Positions 1 through 12,404 are shown, counted from the stretch's first letter. The stretch is 64,000 bases of DNA from Callorhinchus milii (GCF_018977255.1 NW_024704743.1:47556001-47620000), one strand, 5' to 3'. The notes: generated by a model from the sequence alone, not told the origin. Numbers and translations: made by a program.

Positions 1-1588
1 CATCACGCCCACCCTGAAAAAACCCTCCCTTGATGCGTCGCAGCTATCAAGCTACCGGCCCATCTCCAACCTCCCCTTTCTCTCCAAAGTCTTGGAAAGA
101 GTTGTCGCCTCCCAACTGCGCTCTTTCCTCTCCACCCATTCTCTTTTTGAACCCCTTCAGTCAGGTTTCCGTGCTGCTCATAGCACAGAAACTGCCCTGG
201 TCAAGGTCACCAATGACATCCTGACCATCTGTGACCAGGGCTCCCTCTGTCTCCTCGTCCTCCTCGACCTATCGGCAGCATTCGATACGGTCGACCACAC
301 TATCCTACTCCACCGCTTGTCCTCCCACCTCAACCTTCAAGGCACTGTCCTTGAATGGTTTAGGTCGTACCTTTCTCACCGTCTTCACTTCGTCTCAACG
401 AATGGCTTCTCCTCCACCCCCCGTACTGTCTCATGTGGTGTCCCTCAGGGCTCTGTCCTCGGTCCCCTCCTCTTCACCCTCTATATGCTCCCCCTTGGTG
501 ACATCATCCGCAAACATGGGGTTAACTTCCACATGTATGCGGATGACACCCAACTCTACCTTTCCTCCTCTACTCTCAACTCCACGACCACCGATGTCCT
601 GACAGCCTGCCTGTCCGACATCGAGTCCTGGACGAGAGACAACTTTCTTCAGCTCAACGTGCAAAAAACCGAGGCCCTCCTGATTGGCTCACGTCAGCGC
701 CTCCGCACCTCAGGCGCTGACACCATCAGCATCCAAGGCTGCACTCTCCACCTCTCAAAGCCAGTCAGGAACCTCGGCGTTTTGTTCGACCCTGAGCTGT
801 CCTTTCTCCCTCACATCCGCACCACAACTGGCACCGCCTTCCATCACCTCCGGAATATCGCCAGATTACGGCACTACCTCACCCCTCACGCTGCTGAAAC
901 CCTGGTTCACGCCTTTGTCACCTCAAGGCTGGACTATGGGAACTCTCTCCTCGCCGGCCTTCCCGCCACCTCCCTCCACAAGCTGCAGGTCATTCAGAAC
1001 TCTGCAGCTCGTGTACTGTCCCGCACCAGGCTTCGGGACCACATCACTCCCACCCTCGCTCGCCTCCACTGGCTCCCCATCCCCCAGAGGATTGATTTCA
1101 AGATCCTCATCCTCACCTACAAGGCCATTCACGGCCTTGCTCCCTCCTACCTCTCCAACCTACTATCCCCCTACCTACCTGCCCGTACCCTCCGTTCCTC
1201 TGGCTCCGGTCTGCTCCACGTCCCCCGCCCCAACCGCCCTACTATCGGTGGTCGGGCCTTCAGCCTCTCAGCCCCGAGGCTCTGGAACTCCATCCCCCAG
1301 TGCCTTCGCCTTGCTTCCTCCCTTTCCTCCTTCAAGGCCGGTCTCAAAACCTTTCTCTTTGACCGTGCCTTCAGCTCCCCTCTCGACTCTCTTCCTCCTC
1401 CTCGCTCCCTCCCTTCCCTCCCCTCACCCTGACCATTTCCCCCTCCTCTCTCCCTCCCTTCCCTCCCCTCACCCTGACCATTTCCCCCCTGCTCGGGTCA
1501 TGACCCAACTGTGCAGCGCCTTGGGACGTCCTCCTGACGTGAAAGGCGCTCTATAAATGGAATCTTGTTGTTGTTGTTGTTGTTGTTG
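1..1588 (+). mobile_element. Young L2 LINE, 3' portion with 3' UTR, stem-loop and (TGT)n tail
   Basis: ORF2 is followed by a pyrimidine-rich UTR, the hairpin agcgcctt-gggacgtcctcctgacgtga-aaggcgct and a (ttg)n tail ending near 1588. Confidence 0.95.
2..1432 (+). CDS. L2-clade LINE ORF2, reverse transcriptase domain plus C-terminus (5' part outside window)
   Basis: Frame is open from base 2 ([26 protein letters not shown]) to TGA at 1432. RT motifs [28 protein letters not shown] and YADDTQLY are present, with an L2-type C-terminus ([25 protein letters not shown]). Confidence 0.95.
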   Translation: MTPTLKKPSLDASQLSSYRPISNLPFLSKVLERVVASQLRSFLSTHSLFEPLQSGFRAAHSTETALVKVTNDILTICDQGSLCLLVLLDLSAAFDTVDHTILLHRLSSHLNLQGTVLEWFRSYLSHRLHFVSTNGFSSTPRTVSCGVPQGSVLGPLLFTLYMLPLGDIIRKHGVNFHMYADDTQLYLSSSTLNSTTTDVLTACLSDIESWTRDNFLQLNVQKTEALLIGSRQRLRTSGADTISIQGCTLHLSKPVRNLGVLFDPELSFLPHIRTTTGTAFHHLRNIARLRHYLTPHAAETLVHAFVTSRLDYGNSLLAGLPATSLHKLQVIQNSAARVLSRTRLRDHITPTLARLHWLPIPQRIDFKILILTYKAIHGLAPSYLSNLLSPYLPARTLRSSGSGLLHVPRPNRPTIGGRAFSLSAPRLWNSIPQCLRLASSLSSFKAGLKTFLFDRAFSSPLDSLPPPRSLPSLPSP

Positions 1589-1725
1589 GGGTGGATGGTC
1601 TGGCGAAGGGATGTCGTCACTGCGCCACTGAAAATGCAATGGGTTGGGACCAGTTCCACCTGGTGATATTTATCGCTCTGACTCAGTCGTGCCACTTTTC
1701 TCATTCTGACTCAGTCCGGCTCATT

Positions 1726-2043
1726 AATAATAATAATAATAATCCTTGCATTTGATATATTTTCACGTCGGGAGGACTTCCCAAAGCGCTTCACAGAACA
1801 CACTGTAAAGTGAATTGACTGTATATTTGTGGGCGAACGCGGCAGCCAATCGCGCACAGCAATGTCCCACAAACAGTCGTAGATTGAAAATGACCAATTT
1901 TTATTATTGTTTTTGGTTTTGGAGGGATTATTATTAGGCTCTGTGTGGAGTAAGGAAACTTGCCCAAGGTTTTGGGAGTTCAAGGAGTTCAAGGTCTCTC
2001 CCTTGCCAGGCGAGTGCTCTAACCACTGAGCTACAGGACTCCA
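1726..2043 (-). mobile_element. tRNA-derived SINE (short variant) with L2-like tail
   Basis: Minus strand reads ggagtcctgtagctcagtggttagagcactcgcc (A box) through to ...tcaaatgcaaggattattatt. Highly similar to the copy at 26413. Confidence 0.85.
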
Positions 2044-2540
2044 CAGGCAGCACTCTCGCCTCTGAGTCAGAAGGTTGTGGGTTCAACCCCACCAGTCGGG
2101 ACATGGAATCGCTTAGTCTAAGCTGACGCTCCAACGCAATGCTGGGGGAGTGTGCTGCCTTGTTGGAGGTGCCGTCCTTCAGGCAAGAAGGTGACATCCT
2201 TCGGTTAAACTGAGGTCTCACCTGTCTGTTCAACAAGAAGAAGAAGAATACATTTGTATAGCCCCTTTCATGTCAGGAGGACGTCCCAAAAAGTTCAGGT
2301 GTATCCCTCAGCATTATTCGAAAAGACAAGGGAGTTTTTCCCGGTGTCCTGGCCAACAATCCCCCATATAAAATCGGTGACTTACTCCATGGTTATTTGT
2401 GGGACATTGCTATATACAAACTGGCTGTCGTGTTCTGCTCACAAAACACCCAGTCAAACCATTTTACACTATATTCTGCAAAGTTCTTGAGATGTTTTGA
2501 TGATATGATAAGGCTCTATCAAATGCAAGGAGTATTATTA
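2044..2540 (+). mobile_element. Deu-domain SINE (AmnSINE1/SacSINE1-like)
   Basis: tRNA-like head gcactctcgcctctgagtcagaaggttgtgggttcaa, Deu-like core ggaggtgccgtccttc..gttaaactgaggtc..cctgtctgttca, and L2-type tail. Its first bases appear to lie at about 1711-1725. Confidence 0.75.
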
Positions 2541-2564
2541 TTTGGGACTGTAGCTTGGATGTTG

Positions 2565-2800
2565 GCAGTCGTGTCCCCAAGTCATGATGGTTGTGGGTTC
2601 ATGCCCCACATTGGTACTTTGAACTCACACAGTCCAGGCTGACACTTCAATATATCGCTGAGGATGCGCTGCATTGTCGGAGATGTCATTCTTTGGACGA
2701 GAGATTAAATCTCTGGCTGCTTGTTCAGGTGGGAAATAAAGATCCCATGGGACTATTTTTCTCCCAATGTCCTGACCAATTCAGGACATTGAATTGACAC
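2565..2800 (+). mobile_element. Degenerate Deu-domain SINE
   Basis: Contains ttgtgggttcatgcccc..ctgcattgtcggagatgtc..gttcaggtgggaaataaagatcccatggg. Confidence 0.6.
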
Positions 2801-3094
2801 AATCAAAATAATTCTATTTTGATTTCAGATAAACATGTGGAAATGCAAAGGACCTGAAAGTTCATATCAGTCCAATTGGGTGCTTCTCTGCTACATGAAG
2901 ACAATAAATTGTAAAATTTGCCATTCTCTCTTGATATCGTTAACTGTGTTTCAAGGGGTAAAAGAGACAGCCAATTTGTGCACAGAAGTATCCCACAAAC
3001 AGCTATGAAGTGAATGATCAATGAGTACCTTATTGCTCCATTGAAATGTCTCAAAACACTTCACAGGATTTTACTGTAAAGTACAGTGACTGCA

Positions 3095-3605
3095 TTTATG
3101 TTGCTCAGCCAGGTGTCTTGACACATACAGACACAGGCACTATCACAATGCCTAAAAGTATACAAACCACACAGAGTTTTCCAAATATGTATGCCACCAA
3201 CAAAACGAAATGTCCACGTGCTTGGAACGGAATGTGAACACTCTTTCTCCTTGGAGGGTTATTCCCTGCTTACCTAATTCCAGAGAGTATTAGGTGCAAA
3301 TTGATGAGAACCAATAGTGTGCATTGGAGTACTTTTGGAGAATAACCAGCTAAAGTTGTACAGCTTGCTAATGCTATCAGTGTCTGGTACATTTCTCACC
3401 ATTTGTCCAGCTAGGACAATCCTACACATTAGATTGTCAGCTTGCTTCAGCTTGCAGGGTAAACAGGAGGTGAGTGGGAAGATTCCTCATACATATCGTG
3501 CTGATGACCCAAGCTGGCTGGTCTGTCATCAACAACAGTGCCTTGGACTACTGTCAACCCACCTAGCCCAAGAACCAGACTGTCACAGAGAGTTGACTCA
3601 ATTCT
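3095..3605 (-). repeat. Unclassified ~0.8 kb interspersed repeat, partial copy
   Basis: Shares blocks (ctctttctccttggaggg, aaccagctaaa, ttgtccagc, gcagggtaaacaggag) with copies at 20835, 34935 and 49800. Confidence 0.65.
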
Positions 3606-4303
3606 GACATTCTATTGCCAGGTACATCATCATGATGTCCCATTGAGTGGCCCAGTGTTGAAGATGGTGAGTGCAGCACAAAAAAATCCGCTGGTGAGTC
3701 CATCAACAGCACGATAACATCTGGAAACAGAAGCATTGCAGTATGTCACAAATGCCTGGAACAGATACACCACATCTGTCTCTCAATGTCGTCCCATACA
3801 TCATTGATGAATAAATCAAATATGTTTGCTGACTGTGTACAACCTTGCATTACCCTTGCTTTTGAAAGCTATGGGCTTGGTGAGTTATCTCTATGTTCCT
3901 AGCCATCCAATGAGAGGTCTAAACTGCATGTCAGCTATATGATGATCATTTTGTAACTATCCTCAGTGGTAGAGGAGAAGTGGATCCCATTGGGATTGTG
4001 CTTATCTTCATATTGACTCAACTGCAGAAAACAGACCAAAGTTGAGTCATTTATTTGTGTGAAGTTGATGATGCAATGCCCCAACTGGTAGATTTCCAGT
4101 ACACAGATGATAATTTACCATCTTGCTTTGTTCATCAATGAGACTTGGAGCAAATTTAAATGTTATTATGGGATTCTTCCCCCTACGCATACATACACAT
4201 GTGTAGAGGGGAATGCACCCCCATACCTTATTCCCTCTCTCCTCCGTGCTCCCCCATTGCCACTCTATCTTTCTCTCTTCACTCAAGGGAGAGCTTGCAC
4301 AAA

Positions 4304-4597
4304 GGAGTCCTGTAGCTCAGTAGAGCATTCGCCACGCAAACGAGAGACCTGGGTTTGAAACCTTGGGCAAGTTTCCTTACTCCACACGCCTGATAATATC
4401 CCTCAGGAAAAAAAGCAATAATAAATTGGTTACTCAATCCACGACTGTTTGTGGGACACTGCTGTGTGCAATTGGCTGGCGCATTTCGCCCACAAAAATA
4501 TACAGTCAATTCACTTTACAGTGTATTCTGTGAAGTGCTTTGAGAATTCTAGAAGATGTGAAAAAGCGCTATATCAAATGCAAGGATTATTATTATA
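4304..4597 (+). mobile_element. tRNA-derived SINE (short variant)
   Basis: ggagtcctgtagctcag..gagacctgggtttgaaaccttgggcaagtttccttactccacacgcc..aaatgcaaggattattatta. Confidence 0.85.
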
Positions 4598-4829
4598 GAT
4601 ATATCAAAATACTAGCAAACAAAAGCTCTGTGAGTTGTCAGAGACTGGAACTGGAGAGGTCACAGAACTTGGCTTGTGGAAATCTGAATCAGTTAAAGTT
4701 GTGAAGGATGGCATTAGGGAGACCATTCAGCAGAGACTGGAGAAATCTAACTTGGAGATGGTGGGTGAAAGATAAAACTACTACACTTTTGCATGTCTTC
4801 GTTTTGCTTTTAAGCTCTAAGCCTTCTGC

Positions 4830-5095
4830 TCAACAAACACAGAACTGCTTCATGTCTCCACTCACTCCACACCACCATCGGTGGGCAAGGTTTCAACCAT
4901 TCTGTCACCAGTTTCTGGAACTTTATCCCAGAGACCCTCTGCCTTGCCCCTCCCCCCCACCACCACCACCCTTTGCCCCCTCCAAAACCTGCATCATGAC
5001 ACGCTTTCGACCAAGCCCACAGCTTAGGCTCCTAGTCAGTTATTGCATCCTTGTGACACGAAGAGGCACTATATAAATGTACATTTTTGTTGTTT
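4830..5095 (+). mobile_element. Degenerate L2 3' fragment
   Basis: ccatcggtgggcaaggtttc..ctggaact..aagaggcactatataaatgtacatttttgttgtt resembles the L2 3' end at 1240-1588. Confidence 0.6.
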
Positions 5096-5829
5096 AAAAT
5101 ATATGTGTATAAATTTGCTTAAAAAATGATTTTGTGTTTATAAATGTAATTATTAAATTATCCTTACTACAGAAATAATTTTTTTTTAATACAATTTTAC
5201 ATGCTAAGCAGTTTTTATTCCCATAAATGTTGGTGATCTTTAGTCATCCGCTGGTATCTGACACTCTAAAAGTAGAGCCAGGAATTGAGTGCAGAAAATG
5301 CCCATTTGCAAACAAATGCAACATTCATGATCTCAGTGTCCTCTACAAAAAATGTAAACACTCTCTTAAATGGATCATGTTTCAGGTAACACACTTTAAA
5401 GATAAACTTCAAAAGCATTCAGTATATTTGTGGTGCATTACAGCTTTAATGTCTTGGTCACACATAATAGGTTGGAAAGGCTCACTTGCAAATGGTTGGC
5501 TGTTCCCAATGGAGTCAGTTTCAAATTATTCCATATGAGAGGATCATTCAATTCAAAATTCAGCCTTCGGGGTTAAATAGTATATTGAAGTGAATACATA
5601 CATATGGAAAGGAATAAAACACGTCTTTAATACAGAACATTTGATTAAGGTGCTTTAAGGCAAAACCATGCCGAACGTTTATGGTTAGAATCCTGCAAAA
5701 TTTCTAATTTTTTTATGTTTTAACATTACATCTGTTAAGTCACCCTGTGTTATGTGATGTTGTCAGAAAGTAATGGCAATAGAAGGATTAGGATTTTTTT
5801 AAAAAAAACTTGGCTGGGGAAATCGCAAA

Positions 5830-6320
5830 TGGTACAGATGAAGAAAACCCTTTGGGTCATTTGATCTCATTCTTTCAGAATATCAACTTCCTACTATAAT
5901 GTTATTTCAGCATTAAACTGTTTCTTAAATGAGTCCAGTGTTATGGACTTATTACCCTTTCTGGTAACAAGTTCCAGTTGTAGATTACCCTCTGTGTAAA
6001 GAAATACTTCCGAATACCTATCCTGAACATTCCCCTGAACCTGTTTCCTCTTATCTTGCTGCCTTATTATATCTGAATGTCATAAATATAAAATTCTATG
6101 ATCTCTGTCATATCAAGCATCTTATAATCTCTTGGAAAAATTCTGGAAACATTGCTTATCTAGGCTGAAGAACCCTAATTTATCTTGCGTTACCTTACAG
6201 TGCATTCCTCTAAACACTGGGTATTAGATTTTGCATTGTCTTCAGGACCACTTGCATTGGGATAAACAGAACTACACTGTATTCCAGGTGCTGCCCCACC
6301 AGAGCTTTGTTTGAATGACT
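5830..6320 (-). mobile_element. Degenerate CR1 LINE 3' fragment
   Basis: accctctgtgtaaagaaatacttc and cagaactacactgtattccaggtg are similar to the clearer CR1 copies at 30430 and 35830. Confidence 0.55.
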
Positions 6321-7239
6321 TCAGGCAATCTGATCTCAATGATTGGAATTATAGACCAGCAGCTTGTTTGCCTTATTTATTGCTGCATTACATTACATTC
6401 TTTGGATACGGTGAGCAACAAGTCAACCAGCACCCATAGCTCTCTTTCAACTTCCCTGTTGGTAAGTTCTTTCATTGTCCATAGAACACATTTGCCTCCT
6501 ACGTTTCAAGAAAGAATATGCAAATATACTTAACTAATTGTTTCTGACCCCCCCCCCCCCCCCCCCCCCCACCTTGAATAAACTGGCAATTTTTGTCCAC
6601 AGGGGTAATCATTTACTGCTGTGTTAAACTTGTATTGGAATGTTATAACCCCAGTTTTTATTATTATCAGCAGTCTTAAGACAATACGTATAATGTCTAT
6701 TTTTAATTTGCAACTGAATTTTAATTGTAAACGGAGTGTGCAAATCTTAAAGACGTATTATGAATCAAATTGAAGTACTGTAATACTGTTACCAATGATT
6801 TCCCCCCCCAAGCCCCCACCCATATACATTACTGTTGAGTTCAATATGTGCAACAAAGTTATTTATATTTCATGGAGTTACTGCAGTGTTCTGCACAGAT
6901 GCTTAGGAAGAGTTTAGAATTGCAACATTTTTGTTCACGAAATAATTGATACATTTCAACAGGAAAAAATCAATCCATCTCCTCGATGAATGGAACAATG
7001 AAGGCAGGACCCAGAGGAGAAAAGATCAGCTTACGTGGTGGAAAATTCCAGAGGTTGTAAGGCATTGGTGCTAAGTATTTCCAGTCAAACAGCTACATAG
7101 AATTTGATATGTAGATACAAATCTTTCTCAAAGCTTACCTTTTATAAACATTAAGTGTAGTTCATTACATTACAGTTACTGGTGAATTAATATAAATATT
7201 AGCGAAGAATGACACAGTTGTTAAACGCATTATATTGTA

Positions 7240-7424
7240 TAGTACTGAGCCTTGAGGGAGGGAGAGGATAAGAACTGTGTTAGATTCATGCCTTACCTGA
7301 CCAACCTACATCTGATATATACACTTTCTAGAAAAGATCACGAGATAAAAATTAGAAGTTGAAACCCCTGAACTGGTCCAGTACACAAAGGCCAATTATT
7401 GCAGTCCCACTGAGATCAGCAAAC
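7240..7424 (-). mobile_element. LF-SINE-like fragment
   Basis: ggccaattattgcagtcccactgagatcagcaaac is the reverse complement of the gttagctgatctcag..caattggcc block seen in other copies. Confidence 0.45.
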
Positions 7425-7830
7425 AACAACAACTTGCATTTATTTAGTGCCCCTCACCCAGGGTAGCGTTCCAGAGCGCTTGACATTGGCAGAGCATGAC
7501 ACTGAGCCGGGGGTAGGCATGGTCAAGTAGGAAGGTCTTCCAGTGGGACCTGGAGATGGGCAAGAAAGGGGCAAGGCAGAGGAAGAGTGTTCCAGAGTTT
7601 CGGGGCATAGTGGCTGAAAGCGTGGCCACCAATGATGGAACAGAAGGCACGAGGGACAGGCCGGAGCAAGTCGAGTGGAGGCAGCGGGTTGTGGTTTGGG
7701 GGGTAAGCAGGTCCGAGAGGTAGAAAGGTGCCAAGGCATGAGGGGATTTAAAAACGTGTGCAAGGACGTTAAATTGATGAGTTCAGCGATAGGGACCAGT
7801 GGAGCCTAGCTAGAACTGGTGTGATGATTT
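7422..7830 (-). mobile_element. Degenerate L2 3' fragment
   Basis: (aac)n tail; minus-strand translation APFYLSDLLTP..HWKTFLLDHAY. Confidence 0.75.
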
Positions 7831-7879
7831 AAATACCATTTTAATCCATATGGCTCAGTATCACACAATATAAAATGCT

Positions 7880-8545
7880 TAGCATGTCAGACAGAAACAG
7901 GAGAAGATCATTCAGCCAATCAAGCCTATTGCACTATTTTATTAGATCGTGGCTGGTCCACTAACTTAATACCATTTCTTTAATTAGATAATTATTTAGG
8001 GAGGACAAGTTTGCAGGGCTATGTGGAGAGAGCGGGGGAGTGGGACTGATTTGGATAGCTGTTTTCAAAGAGCCGGCACAGACATGATGGGCTGAATGGC
8101 CTCCTTCTGTGCTGTATAATTCTATGATTGATTCTACATTTTCATTATATTCCTTATTGGCCCTGCCTTCCAAATTTTCATATTACCTTGCTCTTAAATA
8201 TTTCAATTGACTTGAATCAGCATCTGCAATGTTTTGGGGGTACTTTGTATGAATTTTTTTTCTGATTTCGCTCTGAATTAGTTTAATTTATGATTATGCC
8301 CTCTTGCTCTGGATTACCCTAACAGAGAATAAAGTTGCTTTCCACCCTGTCAAATCCTTTAATCATTTTTAACAGTTCAATCAGATCGCCCCTCAAACTT
8401 CATAGCTCAAAGGAATATGCCCATTCTAGTGAATCTTGCTAGTTGCCCTCCAAGATTAGTACATCTTTCCTGTAGTGTAGGATCCAGAACTGGATACGAT
8501 ATTCCAGATGAGGTTTGACCAGGGCTCTGTACAACTGAAGCATCG
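7880..8545 (-). mobile_element. CR1 3' fragment containing an inverted (+ strand) CR1 3' end at about 7985-8135
   Basis: Host: ccagaactggatacgatattccagatgaggtttgaccagggctctg. Insert: ggcacagacatgatgggctgaatggcctccttctgtgctgtataattctatgatt. Confidence 0.7.
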
Positions 8546-8589
8546 CTTCATTACTTTTGTGTTTCATTCTATTTAATTTCATCCCACAA

Positions 8590-9310
8590 TCAGCCATATG
8601 GCACACACTCTATGGAACTCCATTCCCAGATCCCTCCGACTTGCTCCCTCCCCTTTTGCTTCACGAACACATCACTCGCACCCTCGCTCGCCTCCACTGG
8701 CTGCCCATCCCCCAGAGGATCAAATTCAAGATCCTTATCCTCACCTACAAGGCCATTCACGGCCTTGTACCCTCCTACCTTGCCGACCTACTATCCCCCC
8801 ACATACCTGCCCGTACCCTCCATTCCTCTGGCTCCGGTCTGCTCCACATCCCCCGCCCTAACCGCCCTACCATTGGTGGCCGGGCTCTCAGCCCCTAGGT
8901 TCTGGAACTCCATCCCCCAGTGCCTTCACCGCCTCCTCCCTTTCCTCCTTCAAGGCCGGTCTCAAGACCTTTCTCTTCAACCGTGCCTTCAGCTCCCCTC
9001 TCGACTCTCTTCCCCCTCCTCGCTCCCTCCCTTCCCTCCCCTCACCCTGACCATTTCCCTCCTGCTCTGGTCCCGACCCAACTGTCCAGTGCCTTGGGAC
9101 ATCCTCCCGACGTGAAAGGCGCTCTATAAATGCAATCTTGTTATTGTTGTACGTCTCACAACATCCCTCTTTGACCGTGCTTTGATCATTTCCGAACTCC
9201 CCTCTCTCAGGTCCCACCTGCAGCTCTGGTGCTCAGGTGGAATTGTCAAGCTCTTTGGGACATCCTTCCGACATGAAATGCGCTAAGTGTAAGTGTAAAT
9301 TGTATTGCAT
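8590..9310 (+). mobile_element. Young 5'-truncated L2 (about 8666-9150) nested in an older L2 3' fragment
   Basis: 8666-9150 closely matches 1039-1575. The flanks 8590-8665 and 9151-9310 join into a second, older L2 3' end with its own tail. Confidence 0.85.
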
Positions 9311-9884
9311 GTTAGCCACTGCTGGAAGCTTGCCATTGCTAAGAAAAATGATTGACATGTATACAACAGACATAAAAGCAAAATTTTCAGTTATGAAAAA
9401 ATGCTGTATTTTATGGTCTTGTATTTTATTATATTCTTTTGTAACATGATACAGTATTTACAATATAGCTAACTGTCAGTCATTCATTCATATCACCCAA
9501 TGTAATAAGTTGTTTTGTCTTCTGATTTTGATTCTATAGTCACGTGGACTAAACTGCAAGACTGTCTCATCCATAGAAAACTACAGTTTGTGGGAAAATC
9601 CACTGGATTAATTTGCCCACGGCATTTTGTTCTCTTTGAGGTAAGATAGGATAACTTTGTATTTTTACATTGTTGTGTCAACTTCAAAATATCACACAAT
9701 TCACTATCATGTTTTAGGCAAATGCAGCAGTGTTTTTTGACCAGTAAGGTCCCACAAACAATTAATGATTGATAATTGGTCTAGAATCTAGAGGATTGTT
9801 GGCCAGGATACCAAGAGAGATTTCTACCTCTTTTCAAATTGGGTCATGGGCTCTTTAATATGCACCTGATCAATAGACTAGGAC

Positions 9885-11045
9885 ACTGGTGGCAATGCTT
9901 ACACATTTCATGCTGAGCTGTGCTGCTTACCAGGAAACTTGTAGGTACTTCCTGGTATCTGCTATCTACCTCGTGAGGGCTATGCTTGTCATAAGCCAAA
10001 TGATGTCAAATATCCAACTGGCGACAATTGTCCGGGGGAGGGGAGAGCAGGATCTCCTTGCAGTTGAACTGGTTCCAAGCCAACGTGCTTCCAAATGGAA
10101 TGTTGGAATAACGTCAATCCTCTGCGACAGTCTCGGTGATCCAGTTTCTGAGCCATGTGGATCTACAATACTCCAGAGCCCTGCTGATGGCAGAAGAGCC
10201 TGTCTGCCTTATTAGCGGGATTTGGAAGGACAGAGCAGTCACTGGGAGCAGGGATTATTTCCTCTAAGGTCCTACTAACCCTTGCAGGCAAGAGCCCTAA
10301 TAGGTAGTCCAATCTGGACAACATAGGAACCATAGAAGAACAGGAGGAGGCCATTCACCTTACTGAGTTTGTTCCACTAAACGTGGCGCAAATTTTAATC
10401 CAAATGCCCCACTCTTTCGCCATAACCCTTTATATCTCCACAATTATCCATGTCTTTTAAACATCCCTATTGATTCAGCTTCCTGGGCCAGAGAGAGAAA
10501 AAATGGCAGAGAATTCCACATCTTCACAATCTGTGTGAAGAAATGCTTCCTCACCTCAGTTGTAACGGTCTTATTTCTGCTTTTAAGGCTATATCCCCTT
10601 GTAATGGATTCCTCTACCAGAGGGAAGAGTCACCCCACTATCTGACCTGTAATACTTTTATTATTTTAAATAACTCAATCAAATCACCCTTTAACCTCCT
10701 CTGTTCTAAGCAACATAAACAAGTAGTGGGAAACTGGTCAGACAGTGCTCACAGTAGCAAGCTATGTGGTTTTAGTTGGTTAAACATGAGCATTACCACC
10801 AACACACACTCTGGGGTTCCCAAGCTTTAGCTCTCACCAAACTGGGCCCAATATGTTCTGAAATTAAGTAAGCAGTATGGTACTCCTACCATGCCAGAAA
10901 CAGATACGATACAATACTATATTTGTATAGCGCCATTCACGTCGGGAGGATATGCACTTGTGGAATTCTTTGTCTGGCTTGGGTACAGTTAAGCAAGGCA
11001 ATGAGTTTCCACATGTGTCAGATAACCAGAGAACCAAAACAAGTT
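9885..11045 (+). repeat. Unclassified ~0.8 kb repeat, longest copy, split by a CR1 fragment (about 10325-10715, minus strand)
   Basis: The left half matches the reverse complement of 49800-50095 and 15495-15890; the right half matches 32100-32415. The insert begins catagaagaacaggaggaggccattc (CR1 3' end). Confidence 0.65.
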
Positions 11046-11829
11046 TGCCTTGGATTACTGTGTGGAGCTGCTTGTCTTTGGTAGGTGTATTTACTCAGAG
11101 CCAGTTAAGTTCCAGGGTGATCCCACTTACCTCTCTACGAACATTACTTTTACACATGGAACTCATCTAACCATGATTTTGTAATAAAATAATAACATTA
11201 AGTTCTGGCTATTTGTGTGTGATAGAAGAGCTGCAGTCAATAGAGAGAGTGAAATATGGAATTGAAATAATATTGTCTTATTATATCTTGGATTTTAATA
11301 TTCCAGGGCTTTCAATTCACTAAATAGGCAGCAGTATATATCAAACAATTAGGAGATGTGCAGGAGGGGTCCTTGTGCAAGCTGCTCACTTAGCACCTTT
11401 CTACTTAGGAAACACCCATGATGTAACCAGAAGATTGAAAATGAGCAACCTACAATTCAGGAGGAGACACTTTAGTGATACAGATTTATCTACACTGCTG
11501 TCATTTCCCATTTTCAGCTGCTGTAAATGTCAACATTTATTTCACGTTAACACCACTGTCCCTCAAATTTATCTGAGCTATAACACGTTTCCTTGCTTTT
11601 TATTTGCCACACAAGATTCTGCAGCAGGTCCATTTTTCATTGGATTCGGATTGCAGCCAGCTTTGAACTTTTTAGAATATACTGAGATTTTTCAATTGAT
11701 AGTCAACACATATGTTTTTTGTTCTTTAACCATAAAAATGTTAATAAAATGGCAACAAACCATTTGGCCTTGTTGAAATTGCAAGTGAAGTCTCCAAATT
11801 AAAAAAAGACAGGGAGGAGTAGAGTTAGA

Positions 11830-12205
11830 GCTCCCCCAATAGCTCAGTAAGTTTATTCAGTGAGTCGCTGTGCCATACGTACCAAGAAGGTCTCAGGGTC
11901 GATCTCTGTTCAATATCAACTTATTTCAGATAAGGCAGCAGTTGAGGCACCACGTTCGATCTTAGTTTCCCACAATAGGGAGGGGAAAATCAATCAATTC
12001 TGCTCTATTCAGCAATTGCTCTTGGGTGTCCACATGTCTTAGATGGCAGGTGAGCACAGGATCAATTTAGCTGTGATGCTGCACCGCTTACTAAATAACA
12101 TGCTAAATAATGATTTCTAGGGCAATGTAAGGTAGAACCTTATCCCAATAGAGTTAAATACCTTAAGGAGAGGAATGGAGGGTAGAATTAAGGCCAGAAA
12201 AAATA
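11830..12205 (+). mobile_element. LF-SINE-like element, near full length
   Basis: tRNA-like head atagctcagtaa..gccatacgtaccaagaaggtctcagggtcgatc, then agggaggggaaaatca, ggtgagcacaggatc..gctgtgatgc, and 3' ccttaaggagagga. These blocks match the LF-SINE consensus as remembered. Confidence 0.65.
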
Positions 12206-12404
12206 GAGTTGGGTGGAAATCCTTACATCCTTATAAGGATTTTATATTAAATCCTTGTACTCTGGAGTGATGGTCAGTTCCTTCTGCTCTGGAGTGATTG
12301 GCAGAACAAGTTAACTGTACATTTGTAACTGTTAACTTTATCCATTACTTCTAAAATAAATAGTAATTTTCCTCTGATTCCTGATGTTCATCCACATATT
12401 TATT

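Noticed and set aside
684..1556. 290-aa and 123-aa Ser/Pro-rich ORFs overlapping L2 ORF2
   Set aside because: These are alternative frames of C-rich L2 sequence with no independent evidence.
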